64,000 nt of DNA from an uncultured virus (IMG/VR IMGVR_UViG_3300020137_000030) (taxonomy: Duplodnaviria > Heunggongvirae > Uroviricota > Caudoviricetes). The stretch lies in IMG/VR virus record IMGVR_UViG_3300020137_000030; one strand, given 5' to 3'. This document shows positions 10,601 to 20,191 of this stretch, one piece after another; the stretch's first letter is position 1; each line of letters opens with the position of its first letter. The position numbers and the translations under genes are program-made. The notes below the pieces were generated by a model. The model was not told the origin of the DNA. It saw nothing but the letters and a program-made list of their open reading frames with translations, and did not search any database.

Positions 10601-11589
10601 AGCTCGCCGCCTCGATGGTCATGTCCGTCAACCCGTGGGGCAGCCACCTCGCGAACTACGAGGTGCCGCTGCTGCACGCCCTGCAGTACGGGGTGTCCAA
10701 GGGGGCGACCTGCACCGGCCAGGCACTGCAGACAGCGCTGGCAGACGGACAGGCGACCACCGAGATGGTCACCCCCGTGTTCCAGCTCATGGCGACGCTG
10801 CCGACCTTCCGCGCCATGGTCGGCATGAACCCGCAGGGCGAGGCGCTCAAGGCGCACGACGGCGTCACCCTCATCAAGGTCGGCTCGGCCAGCCTCAACC
10901 TGCCCGACGCGGCGCAGACCAACCCGTCGCTGCCGCAGCGAGTCGCGCTGGCGCTCGTGCGGATGATGGTGTTCGGGTCGGCGATGGCGCTCACGGGGCG
11001 CAACGGCATGATCCTGCTCGACGAGGCCTGGGTGTTCCTGGGTGCCGGTCGTGAGGAGATGGAACGGCTCGGTCGCCTGGCCCGCTCCCAGCGGGTGTTC
11101 CCGATGCTGTTCACCCAGCGCGTCACCGACGCCGTGAACGCGGGCCTGTCGGGGTACATCTCGCGCGGCGTCATCCTGCCGATCGAGGACCCCGCAGAGG
11201 CGCGCGCGGCGCTCGACCTGTTCAAGATCGAGCCCACCGAGCAGCGGCTGCGCCGCATCACCGCAGGTGCACGCAAGGGCGACGCGTGGGACTTCGACTC
11301 GATGCGGGCGCTGCGCGACCCGATCACCGGGCAGGTGCACCGCGGTGCGGTCGGCCTGTACTGCGACCTGTCCAAGCGGGCCGTGCCGGTCGAGATCGTG
11401 CTGCCCGACGACTTCCTGCGCGACTCGTCCACCACGGAGCGCGACATCCTCGCCCGCAAGGAGCGCGAGGCCGCGAACCGGGCCCGGCTCGCGGTGGCTG
11501 CACCCCCCGTCGCGAACCCGATCGCGGACGAGCCGCCCCCGGACGTGCGCCGCACCCCACCGAGCCAGCAGCCGCCGGTGCTGTGGTAG
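7621..11589 (+). CDS. virB4: VirB4-like conjugative ATPase containing an intein
   Basis: Walker A GMSGSGK^T split by intein; VILVDPK; Walker B ILLDEAW; RLARSQ..FTQ. Confidence 0.85.
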   Translation: MAKQQAWDEEMSTEPRWPTFVRGRLAGDWRDGVVLGAGKSVKDRSVWLYRAVPLAPVADARSEVEMERASEPLLTAYEELAALGSSTGRLRAMNRSSYRETHLMVVNIPQWWKPPRDLPLADYLARSFPNTRETRARLVLLGVRLTDSVGGSGGWKAAAASAAETVLHGGVPISDYAPDARRVSLAMARAGLRVPTHHDFRIAESWWNNGAHPDTYVLPQQDCLHVFATAAQAAAAKRLIDEGADSWGENRSTTTITMASVQDLDLPFVPGENPRAQWITQLLDADALVVSVRGLVEPAAVTRGELRRNRQRNESDINARAQAGKMDRAEQDEHLQLLTDVEGVYSSRNVPSTLTDAVITVGFDGYVADMATEFEALTATIGAMPNRQRQAMAETMLASPVRANAARHDLPVHTVAYSGVCGLSQVGDQPSKRSLLLGWTERDKQASWLDPMAAADEDSLPIGVVPGMSGSGKAIALYAPVPVPTSTSPSGWTTMGDLQVGDTVFGGDGKPCTVTFVTPTMVDRPMYRVSFDDGTHVDADFEHQWLATDARTRNGRGGKIGQASLERRRAREADADRLAQWASRFHDSHTSDLGALLTIVRDEAGVDQWSSPEGVRNALKYVECSPASTTLNGRHVWSTSAALKALSHRYWISLNNAPLKERGEMRYTTAEMIAAGVTKNGASNFAIRLQPVLGETADLPVDPYVFGLWLGDGGARDGWIASAVTVTDESGLSDQAFVIDELARRGYEATPQSYRPDYVINVPRLRGELRAAGLLGNKHIPVQFMRASYDQRLELLQGLMDSDGYVIPKGYCVFTQKDDRLFEQVRSLVRSLGIKVMPGSKVPVSYPDENGVRKDNGATNSLQFVTDAKVARLPRKAGRLVASIGKRGRWKYVTSIEPIDTVPCRCITVDSPDHTYLVDEYTVTSNTQLLLWMARQAAESGVPVILVDPKTGSDHSTVVKSSGNGQVYSLDELVAADGVFDPLRFSTSTSAGVELAASMVMSVNPWGSHLANYEVPLLHALQYGVSKGATCTGQALQTALADGQATTEMVTPVFQLMATLPTFRAMVGMNPQGEALKAHDGVTLIKVGSASLNLPDAAQTNPSLPQRVALALVRMMVFGSAMALTGRNGMILLDEAWVFLGAGREEMERLGRLARSQRVFPMLFTQRVTDAVNAGLSGYISRGVILPIEDPAEARAALDLFKIEPTEQRLRRITAGARKGDAWDFDSMRALRDPITGQVHRGAVGLYCDLSKRAVPVEIVLPDDFLRDSSTTERDILARKEREAANRARLAVAAPPVANPIADEPPPDVRRTPPSQQPPVLW
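9040..10398 (+). mobile_element. Class 3 intein with LAGLIDADG homing endonuclease (453 aa)
   Basis: Starts Ala (AIALYAPVP); block B HQW; block F PCRCITV; ends VTSN/T; LAGLIDADG-like motifs FGLWLGDG and LQGLMDSDG. Confidence 0.88.
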
Positions 11590-12719
11590 AGACACCGTCA
11601 CGCACGGCCAGCCTCACGGACGAGGAAGCACGCACCATCGCCCGGGACGCGCTCGAGGGGCGCGTCACCCACCGCGACGCTCGTCGCGTGCTGGCCGTCG
11701 CAGTGTCGGCCAGCCAGGCCCTGGTGGACGTGGCCCGCAAGTTCGGCCGCGACGAGCAGGAGCGTGAGGACCTGGCCGACTCGCTGCGTTCCAGCCTGGT
11801 CGCCCTGGTGCTGGACGAGCAGCGCGGGTTCTTCGACCTGCACGTCGCGGCCGAGTCGTCCCTGACGGGCTGGGTGCGGCAGACCGCGGTCGGGTTCGCC
11901 AGGCGAAGCCGGGTGCTGCACCCCACCGAGCCCAGCCCGGTGCCGGTCGACCCGCACGACGCGCCGCAGTGGGACGACCCGCGGCGCGCGGCGCCGTCGG
12001 CCGAGGACTCGGCACTGAACGCCGACGTGGAGGTGCTGCTGGCGGCATCCACGGCCGCGCTCGACATGGGGGAGCGTCGCCAACGGGTCGCCAACCGTCC
12101 GTGGCTCGCAGCGACGGCGATGCGGCAGGTGCTGCGGCTGCCGCGGCTGTGCGTGCCGCGCGACCCGGACGACCGCCGCTGGGTGCAGGAGGCCCTGACC
12201 GCCGACGAGCACCTGGCAGCCAGGTCGCTGCGGACCGTGCTCGACCTGGCGGCCGGGTTCGACGACGGGTTCGACCACGACGAACGGCTGCTGTCCCTGT
12301 GGGACGACCACACCAACGGGCAGATGGCCCGGCTGCTGGACTTCCCCGACAGCACCGCGCACGTGATCGCCCTCGGCCAGGTCGTGCTCGCGCCCAAGCC
12401 GTCACGGGTCGCGATGCGCACGATGCGCAAGGCGCTGCGCGACACTGTCGGTCCCGCCCAGGAGTGGGCCACGCTTACGGCCACCCTCCTGGGAAGCTTC
12501 GTGGCCCGCGTCGCGGAGTCCGTGTCCGCCTTCGACGGCCGGGCCAACGAGCTCACCCGGCTCGCCGTCGAGGCCGAGGCGGCCACCCTGGCGGCCATGT
12601 GGCCGGACCTGCTCGAGCGGGTCGTCTCGTGGCCGGGCGCGCCGCTGGGGGCCGACGAGGCCGACGTGGAGCAGCACCTGTGGGCGGTGTTCCTGGACGC
12701 CACCTCCGGCGCCCCGTAG
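11583..12719 (+). CDS. Hypothetical protein with sigma-70 region-2-like N-terminal half
   Basis: ARKFGRDEQEREDLADSLR...FFD...SLTGWVRQTA resembles sigma region 2; GTG overlaps virB4 stop. Confidence 0.5.
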   Translation: MVETPSRTASLTDEEARTIARDALEGRVTHRDARRVLAVAVSASQALVDVARKFGRDEQEREDLADSLRSSLVALVLDEQRGFFDLHVAAESSLTGWVRQTAVGFARRSRVLHPTEPSPVPVDPHDAPQWDDPRRAAPSAEDSALNADVEVLLAASTAALDMGERRQRVANRPWLAATAMRQVLRLPRLCVPRDPDDRRWVQEALTADEHLAARSLRTVLDLAAGFDDGFDHDERLLSLWDDHTNGQMARLLDFPDSTAHVIALGQVVLAPKPSRVAMRTMRKALRDTVGPAQEWATLTATLLGSFVARVAESVSAFDGRANELTRLAVEAEAATLAAMWPDLLERVVSWPGAPLGADEADVEQHLWAVFLDATSGAP

Positions 12720-12740
12720 CCCCCGCACATCTACAGGTAC

Positions 12741-14174
12741 GTGCCACGCCCTGCCACCATCGACATCGACGACGTCCGCCTGACGTGGTCCGGGCAGGAC
12801 CGTGACGTCACCTGGTCCGACGGGCGGCTGCGGTGGGGCACCAGCCCTGCCGTCACCCTCACGCAGACCGCCAGCCACGGCGACGGCAGCACGGGCCGCC
12901 TGGTGCACGGGGCCGCGCACCAGGTGATGGCGGCGCTCGCCGCAGCCGAGCCCGGCACGGCACGGCTGGTCTACATGGACCCGCCGTACAACACCGGCCG
13001 GGTGTTCGACGCCTACCGGGACCGTGAGCCGCGAGCTCTGTGGCTGACGATGATGCACCACCTGCTGACGGCGACCGCCACGCTGCTGCGCCGCGACGGG
13101 TCGGTGTGGATCCACCTGGACGACCGGGAGGTCGGCCGCGTGCGCGTCCTGGCGGACCAGGTGTTCGGCGAGGACAACTTCGTCGCCGACGTCGTCTGGG
13201 AGCGCAAGCGCAAGCCGTCGTTCACGCACGCACAGATCGCGCAGGTGACCGACCACATCTTGGTCTACGCCGCCGACCGCACCGCCCTGGCACCGTTGCG
13301 CACCGGGCAGGACGTCGCAGCCCGCCGGGTGCCGCTGCACAACGCCGGCAACACCGTCGGCGTCCTGCGGTTCCCCGCCGGGTCGGTCCAGTTCGCCACG
13401 GACGGCACGATCGCGGCGGGCGACATGTCCTCCGGTGCGATCGACACCCAGCTGCTCGACGACATCGAGGTGACGTCTGGGACGAACACCGCCCCGTTCC
13501 GCATGCGGGGGGCCTTCCGGTGGGGTCAGGACCGTCTCGACCGTGAGGTGGCCTGCGGCACCGTCCTGCGCTGTGCCCGCACCCCGCTGCGACCCAACGC
13601 CATCACCGGGTCGGGGTCGCGCACCTGGACGACCCTGTTCACCCGCGCCACCGGCATGGCGACCAACGAGGACGCCCGGGAGCACTCGCGTGCCCTGTTC
13701 GGCGGCGACGGGTTCGACACCCCCAAGCCCGAGGAGCTCCTCGAGCGGATCGTCTCGTGCGCCAGCGAGCCCGGCGACCTCGTGATCGACCCGTTCGCCG
13801 GGTCCGGCACCACGGCCGCCGTCGCGCACAAGCTCGGCCGCCGCTGGGTGAGCGTCGAGGCAAGCGCCCACGTGCTCGAGACGTTCACCACGCCCCGGCT
13901 GCAGGCCGTCGTCGACGGCCGCGACCCGGGCGGGGCGTCGCTGGAGGTCACAGAGCAGGCAGCCGACAGCCTCCCGCCGGGGATGAGCGTGCGCCAGTCA
14001 CGGCTGGCGGCCCAGTGGGTCGCCCAGCTTGCAGCGTCCGGGTCGTTCGACGGCGCGGACGCCGCCTCGGTGGCTGCGGTCGTGGAGCACCTGCGCGCAC
14101 TGTCCAGCACCACCCGCACCCGCCTGCGGTTCCACGGCGGGGGCGGCTTCACCACCTGGGAGGCAGCAGCATGA
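12741..14174 (+). CDS. Orphan N6-adenine/N4-cytosine DNA methyltransferase (type III Mod-like)
   Basis: YMDPPYNTG, TPKPEELL, DPFAGSGTT. Confidence 0.88.
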   Translation: MPRPATIDIDDVRLTWSGQDRDVTWSDGRLRWGTSPAVTLTQTASHGDGSTGRLVHGAAHQVMAALAAAEPGTARLVYMDPPYNTGRVFDAYRDREPRALWLTMMHHLLTATATLLRRDGSVWIHLDDREVGRVRVLADQVFGEDNFVADVVWERKRKPSFTHAQIAQVTDHILVYAADRTALAPLRTGQDVAARRVPLHNAGNTVGVLRFPAGSVQFATDGTIAAGDMSSGAIDTQLLDDIEVTSGTNTAPFRMRGAFRWGQDRLDREVACGTVLRCARTPLRPNAITGSGSRTWTTLFTRATGMATNEDAREHSRALFGGDGFDTPKPEELLERIVSCASEPGDLVIDPFAGSGTTAAVAHKLGRRWVSVEASAHVLETFTTPRLQAVVDGRDPGGASLEVTEQAADSLPPGMSVRQSRLAAQWVAQLAASGSFDGADAASVAAVVEHLRALSSTTRTRLRFHGGGGFTTWEAAA

Positions 14175-14437
14175 CCGAGGGTCGCGAGATCGGGCCAGTC
14201 GTCGTCGAGCTCGACGGGCGACGGGCGACCTGGGACGCGGCCGCAGGGTTCGACGGTGACCCGTCCCTGGTCGGCAAGGCCCGGTTCGCCGCGCTCGTCG
14301 GCCTGGAGGTCCCGCTCGGGGACACCACCGTGATCGCCGGGGACGCCTCCACGACAGCGGCCGCCGCCGCACTGGTCGTCGAGGACCCGCAGCGGGTGCG
14401 GATCCTGGTCGGACCGGCCGACCTCGTCTCGCGCTAA
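14171..14437 (+). CDS. Small hypothetical protein
   Basis: ATGA overlap with methylase stop. Confidence 0.55.
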   Translation: MTEGREIGPVVVELDGRRATWDAAAGFDGDPSLVGKARFAALVGLEVPLGDTTVIAGDASTTAAAAALVVEDPQRVRILVGPADLVSR

Positions 14438-14442
14438 CCGCG

Positions 14443-16803
14443 TCAGGCCGCCTGCGCGGCCCGCCCCCGCAGGAACGCCACGGCGTCCTGCAGGTGCATG
14501 GTCTTGATCCCGAAGTGCGACACCGCCCGCATGTAGATGCGTCGGGTGGCCTCCGCGTACGACAGCGGCGACCCCTTCAGCATGCGCGGGTCGAGCACGG
14601 CGACCAGCCCACGGTCGCTGGTCGAACGCACCAGCCGACCCACCGCCTGCTCCAGCAGCAGCGCGGCGTCCACCGCGTAGACGGCGTTACGACCCGAGTA
14701 GGTGTCCATCTGCGCCCGCTCGACCAGGTCCTCCACCCGCGCGTCATCCACCGGGTTCGGTGCGGCACGCGGCACCCGGTCCACGATCACGAGGGTGTTC
14801 GTGTGCCCGGGGGCGTCCACGCCCGTCATGAGGGAACGGGTCCCGACCAGGACGCTGGACGGGTCGTCCTTCCACGCCGCCACGATGCTGCGCGGCGGGG
14901 GACCGTCCCACTGGGAGTGCACCGCCCACCCGCGGGAAGCCTGCGCGAGGACCTGCGCGTAGTGCCTGCCGGCCGCTGACGTCGCCGCCAGGATCAGCGC
15001 CGCGCCGCCGTTCGCCGCGACGAGCTCGACCATCTTCGCCGCCGCCCAGTCCCGGTGCAGGCCCATGTCCATGACGGGGCGCCGGGTGCCGTTCGGCTTG
15101 CACAGCGCCGAGATGTCGGCGGGCGACGCGCCCGTCGGGACGTACAGCATCGACTCGGCGTACGCGGCCTCGAACGGCGACTCGTACGACTCCTGAGCGG
15201 TGGACAGGCCCGCCTGCCGGGCGAACCCGGCGGGCAGCGTCGCGGAGACCGCCACGACCGACAGCGCCCTGCGCGGGGCCTGCTGCGGCAGCGGGTCCTC
15301 GACCTCGAGGTCGATGTCGGCGACGTCGTCAGGTGCCGGCGGGACCGACCCCGGCCTGCCGTCGGAGGAAGCCACCTGCTCGGGCGCATCCTCGTCCGGG
15401 GTGGTCCACAGGTTCTGGTGCAGTGCCCCGGCCACGTCGACCGGGGACGACGCCGCCGACAGGTACGTGTGCTCACCGACCGCGTGCTCCTGCACCCAGC
15501 GGGCCACCCCGACACGGTGCTCGGACACCTGCTCCAGGTCCGCCTTCAACGCGTCCAGCCGCGACTTGATCCGCCGCACCCGCACCGCGTCACGGTTGCC
15601 CGCCTCCCGCACGGACCGGTTCAGCATCGTCTGCAGCGCCCCGACCCACTCGGCGACCATCTCCTGCGTGCCGCGCAGCGGGTTCACGTCCTGCGGCAGG
15701 CGCAGCACGTCACCCGGCGTACGGTGCGCCGCCCGCAGGTCGGACAGCTCGGACTGGACCTCCTGGGCCAGGTGCTCGCCCGCCGTCAGCAGCGAGCCGA
15801 CCGCCCGGTCCTCGTCGTGCAGGATCGCGCGGGCAGCCTTCACCAACGACAGGATGCGGCGACCGGAGACCTCCCCGGCGCCCTGGTCGCGAACCTTGCC
15901 GGGAAGCCCGTGAGCCTCGTCCACGATCACCGCGTCGAAGCGGCCCAGGGACCGCGACCCCACCACGACCGCGACACGCTTGGCGGCCTGCACCGCCAGC
16001 AGGGAGTGGTTCGTGACGACCACGTCCGCACGCGAGGCCCGGTCCTTGGCGGCCGCGGGCTTGCACAGCGACGCCAGCGGGCAGGACTTCACACCTGAGC
16101 ACTCGGCGGGGGAGACGGACACCTGCGCCCAGGCGGCGTCCGTCGCGGCGCCGGGGTAGGCGTGCCGGTCCCCGGGGCCGGTCTCGTCGGTGTGCTGCCG
16201 CAGCGCCCACCGGGTCAAGGCCGCCAGGTCGCGCCGCGGCACCTTCGCGCCGCCGTCCAGGGGCACGTCACGCTCGTCGCCGAGCGCGTCCTGCATCTGG
16301 TCGGCCAGGTCGTGCAGCTCGCTCGGCGACGGCACCCACGACCCGGTGTCCACCTGCTGGCCGAGCAGGTGGTGCGCCGTCCCGAGCGTCGAGCGCAGGC
16401 ATGCCCAGTTCGACCACCCCTTGAGCACCTGCACGTCGACCTCGACCCCGGTGGCCGCCTTGACGGCCTCGACGACACGTGGCGCGTCCTTGTCGATGAT
16501 CTGCGCCTGCAGCGCCAGCGACTCCGTCGACACCACGGACCGCTTGCCGGTCGTGGCTGCCAGGAGCGCAGCGGGCACCAGGTACGACAGCGACTTGCCG
16601 CTGCCGGTGGGTGCCTGCGCGAGCGCCTGCCCGCCGGGGGTCGTCAGCGCCGTCCACACCTGTTCGGTCAGCGGGACCTGACCGCCGCGCGGCTGCGCGT
16701 CGGGGATGCCGGTGGCGCGGCGCACGGCGTCGGTCAGGACGGCGAGCGCGTCGACGTCGCCCGGCCCGACGTCCGGGCGCGGGCGCTGGGGTGCCTCGCT
16801 CAT
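14443..16803 (-). CDS. dinG: DinG/YoaA-family ATP-dependent helicase
   Basis: QAPTGSGKS, LKGWSNWAC, Fe-S cysteines, VVTNH, DEAH, TGVD, QAVGRLVRS. Confidence 0.88.
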   Translation of the reverse strand: MSEAPQRPRPDVGPGDVDALAVLTDAVRRATGIPDAQPRGGQVPLTEQVWTALTTPGGQALAQAPTGSGKSLSYLVPAALLAATTGKRSVVSTESLALQAQIIDKDAPRVVEAVKAATGVEVDVQVLKGWSNWACLRSTLGTAHHLLGQQVDTGSWVPSPSELHDLADQMQDALGDERDVPLDGGAKVPRRDLAALTRWALRQHTDETGPGDRHAYPGAATDAAWAQVSVSPAECSGVKSCPLASLCKPAAAKDRASRADVVVTNHSLLAVQAAKRVAVVVGSRSLGRFDAVIVDEAHGLPGKVRDQGAGEVSGRRILSLVKAARAILHDEDRAVGSLLTAGEHLAQEVQSELSDLRAAHRTPGDVLRLPQDVNPLRGTQEMVAEWVGALQTMLNRSVREAGNRDAVRVRRIKSRLDALKADLEQVSEHRVGVARWVQEHAVGEHTYLSAASSPVDVAGALHQNLWTTPDEDAPEQVASSDGRPGSVPPAPDDVADIDLEVEDPLPQQAPRRALSVVAVSATLPAGFARQAGLSTAQESYESPFEAAYAESMLYVPTGASPADISALCKPNGTRRPVMDMGLHRDWAAAKMVELVAANGGAALILAATSAAGRHYAQVLAQASRGWAVHSQWDGPPPRSIVAAWKDDPSSVLVGTRSLMTGVDAPGHTNTLVIVDRVPRAAPNPVDDARVEDLVERAQMDTYSGRNAVYAVDAALLLEQAVGRLVRSTSDRGLVAVLDPRMLKGSPLSYAEATRRIYMRAVSHFGIKTMHLQDAVAFLRGRAAQAA

Positions 16804-17135
16804 GAGCGCGGCAGGGTGTCGTCGAGCTCGTCGTCGAAGCCGGAGTACAGCGGCTTGGCGACGATCCGGTGCGCCTGGGCGTACTCGCGACGCTCACGCA
16901 CCGACATCCCGCCCCACACACCGTCCGGCTGGCCCGTGCGCACCGCCCAGTCCAGACACTCCTGGCGCACCGGGCACGCCATGCACACCGACTTCGCCTC
17001 GCGTGTCGAACCGCCCTTGCCGGGGAAGAAGATCTCGGGGTCGACCTGCGCGCACAGCGCCTGCTTGCGCCAGTCCTCCTCACCCTCGTCCAGTCCGAGG
17101 AGCTCGAGCAGCAGGTCGTCGATGGGCAGCGTCAT
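16800..17135 (-). CDS. whiB: WhiB-family Fe-S transcriptional regulator (WhiB2-like)
   Basis: WRKQALCAQVDPEIFFP..AKSVCMACPVRQECL..GVWGG. Confidence 0.93.
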   Translation of the reverse strand: MTLPIDDLLLELLGLDEGEEDWRKQALCAQVDPEIFFPGKGGSTREAKSVCMACPVRQECLDWAVRTGQPDGVWGGMSVRERREYAQAHRIVAKPLYSGFDDELDDTLPRS

Positions 17136-17137
17136 GG

Positions 17138-17533
17138 TCAGTGCCCCTTCCGGGCGGTAGCGGCCAGCGGGAGCAGGCGGGGTCGGGGCAGGCGCCAGCG
17201 CCGCGGCGTGGCGAACCACGCCAGGTGCAGCGCCCAGGCGTCGGCGACCAGCAGGAAGATCGTCAGCGCCCACGGGTCGACGACCTGCGCGAGCAGGAAG
17301 ATCGCCGCCCACCGGTACCAGGTGCGCCCCTGGCGCAGCAGGACCAGGGTCACCACGCCCGGCAGCAGCACGGCCGCCTGCACGGCCAGCGGCCCCGCGC
17401 CGGCCTGGTACAGCGTGACGGGCACGGACACGCTCACCAGCGCGCCCAGCGCGCTCAGCGCCCACTGTCGGGCGGCCTCACGCACGGACCTGGCCTTGCT
17501 GGCGGGGGACCCCGCAGGCTTGCTGTTGCTCAC
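17138..17533 (-). CDS. Membrane protein
   Basis: Hydrophobic helices; GTG 9 nt after minus-strand CCGCACAT. Confidence 0.6.
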   Translation of the reverse strand: MSNSKPAGSPASKARSVREAARQWALSALGALVSVSVPVTLYQAGAGPLAVQAAVLLPGVVTLVLLRQGRTWYRWAAIFLLAQVVDPWALTIFLLVADAWALHLAWFATPRRWRLPRPRLLPLAATARKGH

Positions 17534-17585
17534 GACCGGTGTATGTGCGGCACCGCCGCGTGCACGTGCCGCACATACACCCGGC

Positions 17586-18044
17586 GTGAGCCCCAAGACG
17601 TTCCACCTCGAGGTGCGACCGGCACTGGACCCCGCGACGGCCGCCAGCCCGGCCGGTCGGCTGCTGACGGCCGCGTCGGTCGCGTCCCGGCTGCTGCAGC
17701 TGGCCAAGGTGTCCACCTGGCACGAGCTCGGCCGGGACCTGTCGGCAGCCCCGGGGCACGTGCTGCTCACGCCGGAGCAGGCGGCCGCGGTCGCGCAGTT
17801 CGACGAGCACCTGCACCTGCTGTTCCAGCCGACCGCGGACGACGCCCGCCCGGCGATCTACCTGCAGGTGTGCCTCGCGTGCGGAGGCTGGTCGCTGGTG
17901 TCGAACCCGAAGGGCAAGACCGCGACGTCCAAGCGCTGCACGCTGCGCAGCGGCTGCCCGGGACCGATGACGAAGGCGGCGGCCGCCACCGCCCGCAAGC
18001 CGTACGCGGTGACGGCACCGCCAGCGGCGGGGGACGCCGCGTGA
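17586..18044 (+). CDS. Hypothetical protein with C-terminal Cys cluster (possible Zn ribbon)
   Basis: CLACG...C....C; GTG 9 nt after CCGCACAT. Confidence 0.6.
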   Translation: MSPKTFHLEVRPALDPATAASPAGRLLTAASVASRLLQLAKVSTWHELGRDLSAAPGHVLLTPEQAAAVAQFDEHLHLLFQPTADDARPAIYLQVCLACGGWSLVSNPKGKTATSKRCTLRSGCPGPMTKAAAATARKPYAVTAPPAAGDAA

Positions 18045-18066
18045 GCCTGCCGCACATCCACCGGGC

Positions 18067-18276
18067 ATGAGCCTGCCCAAGAGGATCCTCGTCGCCGCGC
18101 TGTTCGTCGCGCTGATGGTCGCCGTGCTGAACGCGACCGGGAAGATGCCGGTCGTCAGGGACGCGATCCGCGACGGGCTGTCGAACGTCAAGGGCCAGCC
18201 GGCCGCACCCACGGTCGTCGTCGACACCTGTACCCGGCCTGCGACGTCGCCGACGACGACGACGGTGTGCCCGTGA
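18067..18276 (+). CDS. Small secreted/membrane protein
   Basis: Signal-like N-terminus; ATG 9 nt after CCGCACAT. Confidence 0.55.
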   Translation: MSLPKRILVAALFVALMVAVLNATGKMPVVRDAIRDGLSNVKGQPAAPTVVVDTCTRPATSPTTTTVCP

Positions 18277-18692
18277 GCCCGCAGCAGCGCGAGCCGATGG
18301 TCGGTGCCGCGATCGCAGCCGTGCGCGCCGTCCTGGACGGCGCCCGCCCGGGTGACGTCGTCGCCGGGATGGACCCGGTCGCGCTGGAGGCCGCAGCGCT
18401 GGCTGCCAGCATGCTGGCCGCGACGCGACTGTCCGGCAGCGCACCGTGCACCGACCCCACCGGCACGAGGTGGGCCCTCGAGCGCGACGTCCTGACGTTC
18501 CAGGTCGGCGACCGGGCGGACGACCTGACGACGACCGCAGGACGCCTGGTCGCCACCGCCCACGAAGGCTGCTTCGCGCACGTCGGGTACGACACCTGGC
18601 ACGACCTGTGGTCCACTCTCGACGAGGCGGACAGGCCTGCCGCGGCAGCCGCGGTCCTCGCCCTGATGACCGGCCGGAAGGCCCGCTCGTGA
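18273..18692 (+). CDS. Hypothetical protein
   Basis: GTGA overlap with upstream stop. Confidence 0.5.
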   Translation: MSPQQREPMVGAAIAAVRAVLDGARPGDVVAGMDPVALEAAALAASMLAATRLSGSAPCTDPTGTRWALERDVLTFQVGDRADDLTTTAGRLVATAHEGCFAHVGYDTWHDLWSTLDEADRPAAAAAVLALMTGRKARS

Positions 18693-18724
18693 CCCGCCGC
18701 GACGTGCCCGCACATCTACCCGGC

Positions 18725-19807
18725 ATGACACGAGACGCCAACGGCCGCAACCACGCCCAGGCCGGGATCCGCACCGGCGGCCAGTACATCACGCAGGCGC
18801 GCGCCGAGGCCGACGTCGCCCTGGTCGACCCCGCCGACGCGCCCCACCGCGACAGCGAGCTCGTCGGCCCGGGCGAGATCACCGACCTGGAAGCCGACCG
18901 CCTCGCAGTGCAGGCCCTCATGGCTGCGCGCCACCACGCGCACATCAAGGGCCTGCGGTTCTCCGACCCGCGCGACATCGCACAGTCCACGGTCGTCACG
19001 ATCCTCGAGGCACGCCGCAACTCGCCCCAGAACGTCGTCACGCCCTCCTACGTGCACCGCATCGCCTCCGGGCACGTCGCGATCGCGATCCGCGGCAACC
19101 TGCGCGTGGAGGACCGCAAGGCCAAGGCGATCTACGACGTGAAGGTCCGCGAGGAGGAGGACCGTCTCGGACGGCGCACCTCCGGCACCGAGCGGCGCGC
19201 CATCGCCGAGACGATCCGTGAGCAGTGGCCCGACCAGCGTCACAAGCCGTCCAAGCGGTTCGTCGAGCTCGCCGAGATCCGTGTCCGGTCGCTGGACGCC
19301 CCCGAGGGCGGGCACGACAGCACCACGACCCTCGGCGACATGGTCGCCTCCCAGGTGGCCTCCACGGACCACGACGCGATCGACCCGGGCTCGCGCGCCG
19401 GGCAGGTGCTCGCGCTGGCCGAGGGCGAGCAGTACGTCGAGGACAGCGACGGCGCACACATCGAGAAGACCGGACGCAGGCGGGCCGCGGCGCGCGACAT
19501 GCTCTGGTCGGCGTTCGAGGAGATGTCCGGGGTGCCGCCGGTGAAGGCGGGCACGGTCACCGGCAACGGCGACAGTGTCCGGGCCGAGCTGGCCGCTGCC
19601 GGTGGCGTCGCCCAGGCGTGCGCCGACTGGAACCGGGGCCTGGACACCCCGGCCACCGACGCGCTGTTCACGCCGTTCGGTCCGCTCAGCGCGGACCAGC
19701 GCGACGACGTCGTGGACCTGCTGTCCGGGCAGCGTGCGTACGCCGAGGACATGTGGGACTCGGCTGTTCGGGCCGCCGTCAAGGCGTCCAGCAAGAAGGG
19801 CCGCTGA
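18725..19807 (+). CDS. Divergent sigma-70-like factor (regions 2-3)
   Basis: DIAQSTVVTILE (region 2-like); EDRLGRRTS..E..AIA (region 3); SLDAPEGGHDSTTTLGDMVA (region 3.2 signature); N-terminal GGQY peptide. Confidence 0.55.
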   Translation: MTRDANGRNHAQAGIRTGGQYITQARAEADVALVDPADAPHRDSELVGPGEITDLEADRLAVQALMAARHHAHIKGLRFSDPRDIAQSTVVTILEARRNSPQNVVTPSYVHRIASGHVAIAIRGNLRVEDRKAKAIYDVKVREEEDRLGRRTSGTERRAIAETIREQWPDQRHKPSKRFVELAEIRVRSLDAPEGGHDSTTTLGDMVASQVASTDHDAIDPGSRAGQVLALAEGEQYVEDSDGAHIEKTGRRRAAARDMLWSAFEEMSGVPPVKAGTVTGNGDSVRAELAAAGGVAQACADWNRGLDTPATDALFTPFGPLSADQRDDVVDLLSGQRAYAEDMWDSAVRAAVKASSKKGR

Positions 19808-19891
19808 GCGCCCCGCACATCTACTGGAACATGAACGACCCGAGGGCGGTCGTTCCCGACAAGGGCAACCCGCCCGGAGGTAGGAGAGGCA

Positions 19892-20191
19892 GTGACCAAC
19901 GTCAACCTGTCGGCCGCCTGGACGACGTTCTGGAGCGCCATCAACCGGGGGCAGATCTCCACGCTCCTGACCATCGTCACGGTCATCGGCCTGATCGTGA
20001 TGGTGTCCGCGCTGCTGGGCTTCGTCTTCAAGAAGCGCCGCGGCGGCGGCGGCGACACCAAGGGCCTGTGGTGGGCCATCGCGATCGGCGCGCTGTGCTC
20101 GGCGCCGAACGTGCTGATCCCCGTCATCCTCAAGCTCATCGACCTGATCGTGAACATCGTCCTGGGGGCGGTGAACGCGCTCGTCCCGTGA
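19892..20191 (+). CDS. Small two-TM protein (VirB2/pilin-like)
   Basis: 99 aa; two hydrophobic segments; upstream of VirB6-like gene. Confidence 0.55.
   Translation: MTNVNLSAAWTTFWSAINRGQISTLLTIVTVIGLIVMVSALLGFVFKKRRGGGGDTKGLWWAIAIGALCSAPNVLIPVILKLIDLIVNIVLGAVNALVP

Noticed and set aside
14443..16803. DinG as a type IV-A CasDinG
   Set aside because: It lies 21 kb from the arrays, no csf1-3/cas6 genes are present, and it sits in an operon with whiB
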